From Fistulifera solaris (Eukaryota): 64,000 bases of DNA. The stretch spans positions 434,001-498,000 of the forward strand of contig AP026142.1 in NCBI GenBank assembly GCA_030295235.1, read 5' to 3'. The notes under the pieces were generated by a model. It did not search any database. It worked only from the letters and a program-made list of their open reading frames with translations, and was not told the DNA's origin. Below are positions 36,037 to 48,755 of the stretch, piece by piece; position 1 is the first letter of the stretch; each line of letters starts with the position of its first letter. A program made the translations under genes and the position numbers.

Positions 36037-36420
36037 GCTGATCTATAAATTTATAAAGGGAAAATAAGCAATGCGACTCTTCGCAGTTGCTTTCGCAAGT
36101 AACGCAGGGTCGAAATGCGTTCTCTTTGAGGTTTTGTGCTTTTGGAGGGAGTGGAGTGCTCACTTATAATGGACCGACGAGCTCGTTCTGGATCCCGGTC
36201 ACAAAGAAACATAGGAGAATGAAAACCGTATTAGTCGCGGGTACGAACGCTATTCAGTAACGCGAAACTCAAAGCAACGCGCGCGCAGCGCAATACCTTT
36301 GTACGTATGTCGTCCGCATGCCGATGATCGACCAAGCATTTTCATGAGGAGAATATATTATTGCTCCATTTTCATTCTTGTTCATTCTCCGTAGTTGCTT
36401 TTACTCTTCGAAACTATAAT

Positions 36421-37912
36421 ATGCAGTGTAATCATCCCTATCACAAGCTCCATTCAATATGCTTGTTGGCAATTGTCTTATCGATATGCCGGACAAATTC
36501 GTTTCTTTTATCACCTGCCCAGCACAGGACGATAGTTCGACCTACTTTTCATCGAACGAAGTTATTTGCCAATAAACGACCCAACAAGCCAACTGGTAAT
36601 ACTTCTAGCAACAAAAACAAAGCAACTAGTAATAATGGCAAAAGATGAAGCCTCAGCAGCAACAACCCCGGGCTTCATCGTCGGCGTCTTTTCCGAACCT
36701 GCAAAAAAGAAAGACAGTAGTAAAAAGACCAGAAGCTCGACACCGCCGTGGCAAGTCCTCAGTGCGAAAGAGGCAAAAGCAAATATATCGAAAGAAATTG
36801 ATCGAAGGAATCAAATCAAAGAAGGTGTGGCTCCCACTCATCAACTTACGGCATCCAAAAACTCATCGCGCGAATCGAAAATCCTGTCGAAGGATTTTCT
36901 CGCGGACGCGGATCGTAAATTGTTGAATTGGAAGCCATTTAATCCTGATAAAGCAATCATGGGTATGAAAATGGTCGGATCTTACTTGGATGACCGTCAA
37001 CTTCCTCCTCGATTGGGTGTACCCGAGGTGGCTTTTCTAGGTCGATCCAACGTGGGCAAATCGAGTCTTCTCAACCGACTCACGGCATCAGCCGTTCAAT
37101 CCTCGACCAAAGCGCGTGTCGGCAAAACACCAGGTGCTACCGCCAGTGTGAATCTGTACTCGTTGTACAATCGCAAAGAAAAGGATCTACTGGGATTTGT
37201 CGATCTGCCCGGGTTCGGTTTCGCTAAATTGTCGAAGGATACCAAAGCGGCCGTCGAAGCTGCAGCCGAAAACTATCTCGGCAAACGAAAAGAACTAATG
37301 TTGGGTATATTATTGGTGGATATTCGGAGAACACCGAGCGAAGATGATCGTGCCGTATTGGCGGCCTTGTTTGATATGGGAGTGCCCATTGCCGTAGTCG
37401 CCACCAAGACGGACAAGATTTCGTCGTCGAATGAAAGAGAGAAACAGCTACTGGAAATCAATCAAGAACTAGGATTGCCCGAAGGTCAACCACTCTGTGT
37501 GAGCAGCGTGACGGGCGAAGGAATTCGCGATTTATGGAGAATCGTATTAGAGGCATGCGAAGCGGGGGTAGCCGAGAAATTCGCACAGTATCAAGAAAAG
37601 TCTGAAGAGATGGACGATGAGGACGACTATGATGATGACGAAAGAGGCCTTGATACGTTCGAAGACTCGGAGGATATAGTGTACGATCAGGGCTATGACT
37701 GGGTTCATGGGAATTATTATGAAGATGATACGGAGGAGGGTGACGACGAAGACGGCGAATATTTGGGCGAAGATGATTCGTACGAATTTGAGGACGACGA
37801 TGATTTCTTTTACGACCTTGACATTTCCAATGTACAGAACAATTCTCCCAAAGAAACACTCAAGGATCTAAGAAAAAGAGTGCGAGATATGGAACGAAGA
37901 GGGGATGTGTAA
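36421..37912 (+). CDS. engB: EngB/YihA-family GTPase, probably plastid-targeted; frameshift near 36645
   Basis: GRSNVGKSS, KTPGAT, DLPGFG, TKTDK and VSS motifs; acidic tail. The signal peptide (TNS-FLL) is in the upstream frame. Confidence 0.85.
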
Positions 37913-37943
37913 ACTGACATTAAGTAACAAATAGGTAGATTAA

Positions 37944-38939
37944 TCAGCACAGTTGATGTGCGCTTTCACTCTTTGCGGATTGCAACAGCGCGTTGCGCAT
38001 CTCGGTACTCTCCTTACTCGAGGAAGGAACAAATGTTGTTTTACAATGGGGAGCGGATCCGACATTTTGAATCATATCAAAGTACTGAGTGAGAAGTAAC
38101 AAATCCATTACATCTTTCGTACCAGCACCTTGCACATTACTGGAAAAGTCCACAATGCTGGATCGCAAACCATCGACAATAGCCTTGCGTTGTTTGGAAA
38201 CTCCCACACCAGACAGATACTTCGATTCAGCTTCCGCTTCAGCCGCTTTGACTTGAAGAATTTTGTCTCCTTCCGCCTTTTCGGCAGCAGCATATTTCAT
38301 ACGCTTCGAACTATTGATTTCGTTCATGGCGTCCTGGTCGTATGCATAGTGTGAGTCTCATGCAATTCAGTAGACTATTCAAGCATCACCAACTTACTTT
38401 GACGCGTTCATCCGGATCGAGATCGGTGATCAGCACTTGTACAATTTGATACCCATAATTGGTCATCGTTTCTGCTAGAGCATTCTTTACCGTCAATGCC
38501 AATTCTTCTTTGGCTTCAAAGACAGCATCGAGTTCCAAGCTTGGGAGTTCAGAGCGCAGGACCTATAGAGAGCAAGAGCGAAAGCGGTAAGAATTTTGGA
38601 GCAAGTTCGAAACAGAAAGAACCGTAGAGTACGTACATCAAAAACATGAGAGGTGATTTGTTGGGTGGGATTGGTGAGCGCATAATAGGCATCAAATACT
38701 TTTTCACGCAACACTTGATACTGGACCGAAACGCCCGCCGTGAGAAAAACATTATCGAGTGTTTTGGTCTCTACTCGCACATCCAGTTGCTGCACGCGGA
38801 AGGACAACTTCCCCACGAGTTGTTCCATGGGACAAATAGTGTAATTGAATCCAGGTTGCACTAGTCGCGAAAAAAGACCAAATCGTTCGACCACTCCGAC
38901 TTCGGCGGTCTGAATGATGAAGCAACAGGGAAAGCACAT
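37944..38939 (-). CDS. SPFH/band-7 protein of the HIR (hypersensitive-induced response) type, 3 exons
   Basis: MCFPCC start, VETKTLDNVF, EAEAESKYLSGVGVSKQRKAIVDGLR and LLLLTQYFD. Introns 38563-38636 and 38334-38397. Confidence 0.9.
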
Positions 38940-39515
38940 GATGACCAATGTCGGTGATGATTCGCAAAAGATGAGGTGCAGTGTACTATGGAGCGACCAA
39001 GACGGATAACGAGATTGCGGTTGTTTTTCGTCTCCAAAGAGTCAATACGTCTTTTATCAATGCCGGGGCGCAATACGATAGGTTGAATACTTCGAACGAT
39101 AAGGGCGGTACTGGTACATAAATCGCAACGAAATCGTTTTGCTGTAAATAATTACAAACAACAATTATTATGCGAAAGCTTGATGATGCGAGATGCGAGC
39201 TTCCGATTCGATTCAGCTCTCTAGTTTCACTATATATATTTTTGTGCCAAAGACGTATCATCACGAATAAAGCAAAGGAGTGAATAAGGTGTCTCGCTTG
39301 CTCGGTGGCTCAACAATTTTGTACACACTTTAGTACCGCTACGAATCCCGGATACGGATACCGCATTCATCGAAACAAAACGATCTGCTATGCCAGCGAT
39401 GATGATCTTTTTCCAGCCTTTTTATCTTCCAGGTTAGGTGACAACAATCATTCACGGTTCATAAGTATACTAAAGCTAAGAAAACACCTGATTAGCATTC
39501 TAGTCAATAAACAAT

Positions 39516-40818
39516 ATGGCACACGATGCGCCCGAGGCAATTCTTGATACGGCACTGCCACCGGAATTGCTACTAGCGTTCCGCGCAATTTTCTCTCATC
39601 CTGCCTTTGACTTTCCCAATTGTTGGAATGGAGATAACGAGCCTGCGGAAGCGGCGGCTGTGCTCTTGTATCAAGACATCAAAAATGAACTTTCGGCGCA
39701 TCCCATCTTGGCGCGTACAATCAACGCAAATGGACAGACACTATTGGAAAAAGTCATCGTAGCCCGAGCCAGTGCCTGTCGGGACACTCTTCAATTCCTC
39801 ATTGAGACAAATCCACACGCCTTGATATGGGAGCATGGCGTTCGTCGTCATCGTCGTGGCAAGTTAATTGCACCGATTCATCGGCTAGGGGAAAGCTTTT
39901 TGGGGAGAAGGCCTACTTCCGTGGATTATGGAGAAATATCCGTGGGTGTTTCAGCACCAACTGTGTCAAGAAAATCCACCACATGTTGCCATGGTGAGAT
40001 CTTGGGTCTACAATCGATGTGACCTGGAAACCGTTCGAAGCTTTTATGAACTGTACCCACAGGGACTCCGCGAGAAAGAAAGCAATTTTGACTAGTATTA
40101 TCCTTTATGGGTAAGTCTAGGGGGCTGTGAAGCGCCCAATTCAGACTTGTTTATCTGGATGGCGAAACAATACCCAGAAGCTGTATATCATGAACCATCT
40201 CACGGTTATACTCTACTGCACGAGTTCTGTGCTTCACTTGTCAAGAGAGTCGTGGAAGATTACGATGGCTGGACCACAATGAGCGTGGGAAACATATGCC
40301 GTTTCCTCATTTCTGAACATTCCAGTCTAGTTCGACAACAAACACAAAGCAAATTTTTGCCCATTCACCTTCTTTCTGGTTCTTGCAAGTGGTCCATTGT
40401 ACCAGAAGTTGTGATTCTTTTGTTGAAAGCGTACCCCGAGAGCGTACAAACAAGGCCTGCGAATCCGTGCGTGATGGACCCTTCTCAGGTCCCATTCATC
40501 CAGGTAGTGTATCCACTGATTTTAAAAGAACTGGAAGTCGATCAAGAGATCTCGTTGCTAGGTCCAATTTTGAAAAATTTAAAGGAGGCGGCCAGAGTTT
40601 CGACTCATCGAATTCCATTGACGAGTGCGAGCGATGATGGTTCCGTACGGAATGCTGATATTCTTGATTCCCTTTCCGAAGTGTTTCAATGTTGGGCCAA
40701 TCAACGCGTTGATGGTTTATCAGCACGGAAGCAGGAAATTGTTAAGTCTATGGATGAACAGGGTAAGCGGTTCGTAGTAGTAAGCGACAACAGCAGTAGA
40801 GATCACTCAGAGGATTAA
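39516..40818 (+). pseudogene. Ankyrin-like family copy E, with a frameshift (~39900) and in-frame TAG at 40093-40095
   Basis: HPILART, NPHALIW, YPWVFQH, FYELYPQGL, FIWMAKQYPEAVY and FLPIHLL motifs. Confidence 0.72.
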
Positions 40819-41505
40819 GATTTGAAAATGATTTGCCTAAGAATGCTTTTGTACCGTAGGATGAGTAGGATGGCGTCTGTTGGAAGCCCATGTGGAGCAC
40901 CAATGACGTTTCTACGAATTTTATCCTCATTTGTAGTAGACACCCCTCTAAACGAAATCACAAGCTACGAATCCATTCATCAATAAACACACTCAAGAGA
41001 ATAGAGACTAGCTGAAACAATGCATGCGGATTCTGGAATAAACTCCGAAATGCGTTTGACGTAGTCTACTGTAGGTAATTATTTGTAGTCGGTTTGGCAT
41101 CGTCGGGGTCCACATTAGCCGGGACTGACACGTAGTTGAATATCGCTGGACGCGACGGTGATACCTGGTAGCGCAGTTTTTCTCTAAAGTCATTACGGAG
41201 TACGGTACTTTTTGTCAAATGCCAACGAGGTAAACCTTACATATAAAACAGTCGATTACAATCATTCAATGTTCCTTATAACCTATAACTCAACGGTCGA
41301 AAACTATGTCCGAAACGGTGCTCATAATATCGGCGCGTTGCATGTCCCTTCCAAAGAGAGCAATAACGTCAGTCACGCCGACCCATTTTTCGACAGTTTT
41401 TGAAGTGAAAGTGAGTTCATCCTTTTAGCTTGTCGCGCAATGCAGGTGAACTCCATTTTTTCGGCATATCTCGACTAGCAGTCCATCCTGATGAATCGAG
41501 CCAAC

Positions 41506-42909
41506 ATGTCGTACGAGATCCCCGAAGCGTTCACGCCTATTTTGAATACGGATGTTTCACGAGAGTTGGATGACAAATTTCAAGCCTTGTTCGATAAAGT
41601 GATCGACCACGATCACAGCAAAGCAGAACATTTCTATCAGCGTATCAAGGAAGAAGTTACCGCGGAGCCCCTTCTGGTCCGAATGATCAACACATCTATG
41701 GAGAACTGGTCGCTACTGGGGGCTGTCTGCAGGTGGGCCAAATTCGACTGCCAAGGAACTATCCTGTTCCTTATTGAGCAGAATCCGCACGCCTTAATGT
41801 GGGTAGGGCGTAGTCGCGACAGGAATAAGAGATGTGCACCGATTCATTTGATAGGGGAAAGCAGCAGAAATTGCACTTGGCTCTTTTGGATTGTGAAGCG
41901 CTATCCGTGGGTCTTTGAGCATAAAGTATGCCAGCGAAATCCGCCGCACTTGAGCATGGTTCGATGCTGGGCTAATGGTGACTGTGAATCGGAAGTAATT
42001 CGATGGTTTTATGAGGCTTACCCACAAGGGCTCCATGAGAAAGAGCGAATTACATCGACCGTCGGAAAGTACGCCTTGATGGTCAGCCTGGAAGGATCGG
42101 AAGAGCCGGACGCGGATATCTTTATCTGGATGGCAGAGCAACATCCCGATGCAATCTATTACAAAACAGTTCGGGGTTATTCAATTTTACATCAAGTTTG
42201 TGAAGCGTTGGGCGCGAAGGAAAATGAGTACCAGTTCGTACCTTTCAAGTGTTCACCAAACATGGCCAAGATAGCTCGTTACCTCATCTCGGAGCATTCG
42301 GATCTGGTTCGCCAACGAATCCACCGTTGCGGGTACTTGCTGATTCATCTGCTAGCGACTCGCTTAAATCACCCTTTGGTACAGGAAATGGTGATTCTCT
42401 TGCTGAAAGCGTATCCCGAGTGTATTCAAGTGAAGGCTGCAAAATGTCGCCCGGAGCTTTCAGTTCTTCCTTTCATACAGGAACTTTATCCCCTGCTCAT
42501 GTCTGAGCTAGAAGTTGATACCGAAATAGCACTGCTTGCTCAGTTATCGGATAGTATGGCAAATGCCGTGCTCATTTCAGGAGATAGTTCTCTCGTCAAG
42601 AACTCGTTTTTGGGTTCCATTTCCGAAATCTTCCGTTGCTGGGCTGATCTTAGAATCGCTCACGTCTCAATTCAACAACAGCGTATCAGAGATGGCATTG
42701 CGGAAATGTGTCATCGCCATGAAGGGGAGGATGTTCCAGACGAATTGGTGGATGAAGACGACTTTTGGAATGAAGTTTGTTTCTCGGATTATGAGAGCGA
42801 CGAAGAACCTGATGAACAAAACGATTCGGACGGAGATAGTGCCTCAGAATTTGAGAGTACCAGTGATAACGTGAGCAGCGACAGTGACAATGAAGATGAT
42901 TGGTATTAA
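41506..42909 (+). CDS. Ankyrin-like family protein, copy F (intact)
   Basis: Open frame from MSYEIPEA with all family motifs and a D/E/S-rich tail. Confidence 0.82.
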   Translation: MSYEIPEAFTPILNTDVSRELDDKFQALFDKVIDHDHSKAEHFYQRIKEEVTAEPLLVRMINTSMENWSLLGAVCRWAKFDCQGTILFLIEQNPHALMWVGRSRDRNKRCAPIHLIGESSRNCTWLFWIVKRYPWVFEHKVCQRNPPHLSMVRCWANGDCESEVIRWFYEAYPQGLHEKERITSTVGKYALMVSLEGSEEPDADIFIWMAEQHPDAIYYKTVRGYSILHQVCEALGAKENEYQFVPFKCSPNMAKIARYLISEHSDLVRQRIHRCGYLLIHLLATRLNHPLVQEMVILLLKAYPECIQVKAAKCRPELSVLPFIQELYPLLMSELEVDTEIALLAQLSDSMANAVLISGDSSLVKNSFLGSISEIFRCWADLRIAHVSIQQQRIRDGIAEMCHRHEGEDVPDELVDEDDFWNEVCFSDYESDEEPDEQNDSDGDSASEFESTSDNVSSDSDNEDDWY

Positions 42910-43553
42910 TAATCTCGCATGTTGCATTCTGCATTCTTGCATCGTGGACTGGTTGACGAATAAGCAAAGAGATTTTCGTGACTCGATACAAATTTCACCT
43001 TGTCCTTATTTGCAAGGCTGTGTTTTGCCCTTTTATGTAACTACTCCGGTGTTTGTAGAATTTCAATATGACTGTTTAGGGTCCCATAATGTACATAGTA
43101 TTGAGACTTTTCCAAGACTGCTTTTCAGTATGGATTTGGGTTGTTCCGTACCAAACTGCTATCGAACCTCTCGACACCATTTGTCTTGAGACAATGGTTC
43201 CTGTCGTTAAAGTCTACTATTAGTACAGTGTTAGAATGCAATGCATGCCCTGTTCTTCGTGATCAACTTAGTTTTTCCGTGCACTGGTTTTCCACATATA
43301 TGATCCATGTCGCAGAGCTCGATGATTCGAGGCAGTTTCAATTTCACAGGCCACTTTGTAAAGGATACTCCTGAGTGATACTCAGTCGTGAGACACGAGA
43401 GGGACCGCAACGCAGCCAGATCGTGCGACGAGAACCTGTTGTGTTTCTGACGCTTTGCTCCTCCTTTTTCACACGACAGGAAACAATTTTGCGATAACTT
43501 TCCTATCCTGTAGACAGGATAGGTATAATTCTGTCATGGAAAAGCCGTTCACC

Positions 43554-45091
43554 ATGTCATACGACATACCCAAATCCTTCTTATCTGTCCCCGATTCAAA
43601 ATTGCCACCTGAGTTGAAAGAAACGTTTCACTCTTTGTGCAAGGAAGCGGAAGACATAATTAAAATGCAGGATTTGACGGAACATCGCGAATCCACAGTG
43701 GCACGCTTCCATCGACGTGTCGTGGACAACTTCTCGGCACATCCTGTCTTGGCCCGCACTGTAGTAGCTGACCATGAGAGAATACGAGAGTTGACACTAC
43801 TGGCGATGGTTTGCTTCAGTGGCTCGATTTGTCGGGAAACCATTTATTTCCTCCTTCAAGTCAATCCATATGCACTGCTGTATGTTTTGTTTATGAATGA
43901 TAGCCTCATTCATGTCATTGCGGTGGATCGGCGGATCTATGACGTGCTCCTTTGGATTGTCGAGCACTATCCGTGGGTGTTTCAGCATGCAGTGTGCCAG
44001 CTAAAGCCACCTCACATTTGGTTGATGAGAGATTACGTCTATGGCCAGTGTAGTCTGGAAACGGTGCGGAAGTTTTACGAACTGTATCCGCAAGGTCTCC
44101 GGGAAAGAGAAACTTCACTACTTATGTTTGGGCCTTGGTATCCTCTATCACTGTGCATTGATGGAGAAAATGATCCCGATGCCAATTTCTGTATTTGGAT
44201 GGCTAAGCAATTCCCTGATGCTGTTTATCATTTACTAACTAGGGGCTTCATGAAATACACAGTGTTGCAAAGGTTTGTTCTTCTCTTGCTAGTACCAGGT
44301 GTACGTCAAATATGGCCAAAATTTGCCGTTTTCTTATTACCGAACATGCTGATCTAATCCGGCAACAAGGATGTTTTGGCGAACCTTTACCGATTGTTAC
44401 TCTGGCAGCACACTGCAACCGTCCCCTGGTGCAGGAAGCGGCTGTTCTCATGATGAAAACGTGCCCCGAGTGCGTGAAAGACAATGCAGGCAACTGGCTC
44501 CCTTCACTTTCTCCGAATCCGTTCATTCAGCAAGTTCATCCGCTTGTTGTACAAGAGTTAGAAATCGAAAGGGAAATTTCTCTTTTATCTCGGATATCGG
44601 ATGATATTTCCAAGGCAGCAATCATGACGAGGCATCAATCTCCGAGGGCAGTCATCATAAAATCACATCTACTTGGTTGTCTTTCGGAAGTCTATTGTTC
44701 CTGGTCAAACCTTCGAATTTCAGATGTCCTGCAAAGACAGAAGCAACAAATACAGGAGCAAATAGCGGAAGTGTGCCGTAAATTGGAAGGGAATAACGGT
44801 TTTGAGATAATGTGGTATGATGGAATTAGAGAAGAATTCGAAATGCTAGATTGGATTGCGCATTACGACTCGAACACTGACGATGAAAATGTTCACTTCG
44901 ACGAAATGGAAGACAGACTGAACGAAGATAGTGAATCTGAATTGGAAAGCGAAGAGGATGAGGAGACGGAGGACGACTACGATGACGATTCTTCTGATGA
45001 AATTGAGGGCTTCACTTATGAAGATGCAGTACGCACATCTTCGATCGAAATGGGCGGTGTCCGGTTATACTATGAAAGGCCTCTCTTGTGA
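43554..45091 (+). CDS. Ankyrin-like family copy G, one frameshift near 44272
   Basis: Starts MSYDIPKS; ORFs 43455-44357 and 44312-45091 join at an A-run. Confidence 0.72.
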
Positions 45092-46104
45092 AGGTCATGC
45101 GTCACACTCTGACAATGACGACAACAACTCTCCCGAAATCGACGCTGATGATAGGTCAAGTGAGAATTGTTTTGTCTGAAGAGGAAGAAGGCAATTATTT
45201 TGACTGGAACTGAGGATGATGAGTATTTGCACGAAGGCCGTTCGTTCACCCAAGGATTAAAAGGACGGCAATGTTCCCACCGGCAACGGTGTCGAATAGG
45301 GCAATGTCTTTCCCATCGGCATTGCGGATAATGAAGTCTTGTATGACGAAAGCTCCCCTGAAGCCGAGAAAGAGGAAGATGTGTTCAATGGCAACAAGGC
45401 AATTGACTACGATCATGCATATCAGTCTCCTGAGACTGACAACGTTCACAAGCATCCTGATGAAGCAGATCAGTACAAAGATGATAGTGTTTTTTTTGAT
45501 GAGATTGGAAAGGTTGACGCACCAGATGAAGTCGAGGAAGAAGCTTGCTACTATGATAATGCAGAATCAGATGAGATCGAATTTAGATCATCTCATACAG
45601 CATTGGTGAGAGCTTGCGTCTATCATCGATGTGACCTCAAACGATGAAACCACGACTTGAGATTGAGGGTAAGAAGACGATGATTTCACCAAAAACGTGA
45701 TGATAACGATGACTGATCTTCCAACAAAATACGCAACGAAGGTTGTAGATACTTTTGTAAGTTTTTAGTTATACTCCGTATAAAAAAAAATTGCAGCTCT
45801 AACCTTACCGTAGAACTCTCCCTGTCGGATCACGAACCACGAATGAATAAAAAGATCTCGCCGCACCCATGTGGCTCTCGGAAGTTCGACGTGTTTGTCA
45901 TTATTATTTCTGAAAAAGGTGAGAAGAGAAATGATTTGTAGTCGAAAGTATTATGTTTGATCTTCCAAAACGACCTGCTCAAGTACCGGTACCTTACGAG
46001 TCTTGTCTCGACCACTTCCCCTTTCTCAATTGACCAAGACTTGTTTTGCTACTTTTCTTTGTCGAACCAGTTCTTGAATTTGCCTGATTGAAAAGTGCAA
46101 CATC

Positions 46105-47635
46105 ATGTCGTACGAAATACCAGAATCGTCAAAGCCGATCCTCGATTCGGAATTGCCACCTGATTTGCAAAAAAAGTTTTATGAATTATGTGTCAGTGCA
46201 GACAGATTGAATACAACGCATGAAATTCTGGAACAGCTGGAATCCTCTGTGACGTTCTTCCATCAAGATTTCGAGGAAGAGTTCCATTCACCTTTCAAGG
46301 AAAAATTCTCGTCACATTTCGAGGAAGAAGTCTCGTCACATTCGCTTTTGGCCCGGACCGTGACGAATGACAGTTGCAAGATATCACTTCTCAAAGTTAT
46401 TGCCACGAGCAGTGGCCATCTTTGTCGGCGAACCTTTGATTTCCTCCTTCATATCAACCCGCATGCACTACTATATCCGGGTTCCCGGAGTTGGAATTGC
46501 CTCATTCATGATATTGCGGCGGATGGAATGAAGTGCTCTTTGCTTCCAGGGATCGCCGAACACTATCCGTGGGTGTTCCAGCATGCTTTGTGCCAGCAAA
46601 GGCCACCCCACATAAAGATGATGAAATGCTATCTCAAGGGCCAGTGCAGCCTAGAAACGGTCCGGACCTTTTACGAATGGTACCCGCAAGGTCTTCAGGA
46701 AAAAATAGTCCGCCGCACGAGTCCGTGTATCCCCTGTCGCTGTATTGTGATGGATCGGCATATCCCGACGCCGATTTTTTTTATCTGGATGGCTAAGCAA
46801 TTCCCTGAGGCTGTTTATGATGAACTCAACTTGGGGCGCACTATGATGCAACAAATTTGTTTTTCACTTCTCAGTACGATCTGGACGCCGGACTTGGTCA
46901 AAATTTTCCGTTTCCTTATTACCGAACATGCTAGTCTCGCATGCGAAAGTGGAAGTTATGGATGGCCTCTGCCGATTCACGCGCTGGCTATAAGTTCCAA
47001 TCGTCCCCTCATGCAGGAAATGGCTGTTCTTATGCTAAAAAGGTGTCCCGACTGTGTTAAAGATAGTTCAGGGAACTGGCTCGAGGAGCTTTCTGCAGTT
47101 GCGTTCCTGCAACAAGTTCATCCCTCTCATTTTGCGCGAATTGGAGATCGATGAAGAGATTGATGTTTTCACTCAGATTTCGATTAATTTTTCAAAAGCA
47201 GCAACTCTGACGTCCCATCAATCTACGAATGCAACGGGGAACATCGGCGTAAAATCGACTCTTTTCAATGCCATCTCCGTAGTCTATTGTTCCTGGTCCA
47301 ACTTAAGAGCCAATGGCGACTTACCGAAGCAAAAGCAACAAATACAAGAACAAATATCGGAAGTATGTCGTCGCTTTGAAGGGGAAGACGATCCTCAGAT
47401 GGTGTGGGAACTAGAACAAATCGCAGACGAATTAGAATTGCTAGGTTTGATGGCGCATTCTGACTACGAATCCGAACGCGATGATGATGGCAATTATAAT
47501 GATCTCTTCCTAAGAGAGGATCGTGCCTCTGGGAATGAGGAAAGCGAAATCGATTCCTTCGGAAGTGAGCGTGACGAAGCTGAAGGGCGAAGATGTTGTT
47601 GGCCTTTCCACCGAAATCGAGTACGCGGTCGATGA
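46105..47635 (+). CDS. Ankyrin-like family copy H, frameshifts at ~46705, ~46780 and ~47125
   Basis: Starts MSYEIPES. YPLSLYCDGSAYPDADFF and PLILRELEIDEEI are in alternate frames. Appears closest to copy G. Confidence 0.68.
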
Positions 47636-48112
47636 CAATTTTACCGTTTGAGTCCAGAGTCCAAAGGATTTCGACATTTCCTTCGATATCGAGCATAATA
47701 TAGGCGTTTATGATGATCGTTTATGCATCTAAGCATGATGGGCATGGCTTGGACAACGTTAGGGAGCATGACTACAATCACGAAAAACGCACGCGGAAGA
47801 TTAACGACGTTCACAACTGGCCGGAGGGATTGGACCATCGTGCGAATGAACGTGATAGTGAAGGGGACCAGGACGATGTACCCGACAAAGTGTAAAGCTC
47901 TCGTGAACGTCTTGACGGAAATGAAATAAAATCCGACGACAGTCGATTATGCCTGCAGCGACATAAAAGCTCATGACGATTGGCTGGTGACCATGACACA
48001 ATGACGATGATTTCGATGAAGACTACGGCACCGTTCAAGAGGTAGATATAATTATTATTTAATTTATTTGAGTGGAGAGTTTGTACGATACATTTGTTCT
48101 TCTCTTTTATAA

Positions 48113-48755
48113 TTAGCTATTGTTTTCGGTGCCTTCCGAGAAGAATTGACTTAACTTGTAATGATCGCCGTCACTGTCATTCGATTTTGACTTGTGACGG
48201 TGGTCTTTCGGTGTCTCCTTGAGCTGTCCTCGCTTTCCGAGTCACTGCTACTACCATCCCGATGTTTACGTTTTCTCTTTCTCTGTTTTCGTTTGTGTTT
48301 TTCTTGCTGTGCCTTTTATGATCTCCACTCCTTTCAGAACTCTGCTCCGAACTACTCTCGTCTGAAGCTGACTCGTCCTCTTTCCGTCGTTTTCCTTTCT
48401 TCTTTTTCTTCTTTTTTACCGGTTTTCGTGCCAGCAATCGATCTCGTTGTTCGTCTAGTTTCCTTCGATACAAATCCATTTCCTGTTGATTGGTTTCGTC
48501 TAAATTCAATTTATCATGATTGTCTTTTTTGTATTGTTCCCACGTGGGTCGATTCGCATCCGCCAATTTTTCGGCAATCGTTCGTTCTTCCCGACCCGTC
48601 ATGAGACGCATCACCGCATCCATTTGGGCGCTCGGGGGAGGCACAGCCGTAGTAGTGGGGCGCTGTTGTGCGGCAAAGCGAGCATCTTGTGCTGGACGAT
48701 CGGCCACTTTCGAATAGTCGACGAGTGATTTGCGGGGCACGGGAGGGTCACTCAT
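48113..48755 (-). CDS. FAM133-like Lys/Ser-rich nuclear protein (frameshifts in the 3' part)
   Basis: TIAEKLADANRPTWEQYKK resembles the FAM133 RPTWE motif. K/R/S low-complexity tail, inferred to end YKLSQFF...*. Confidence 0.55.
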
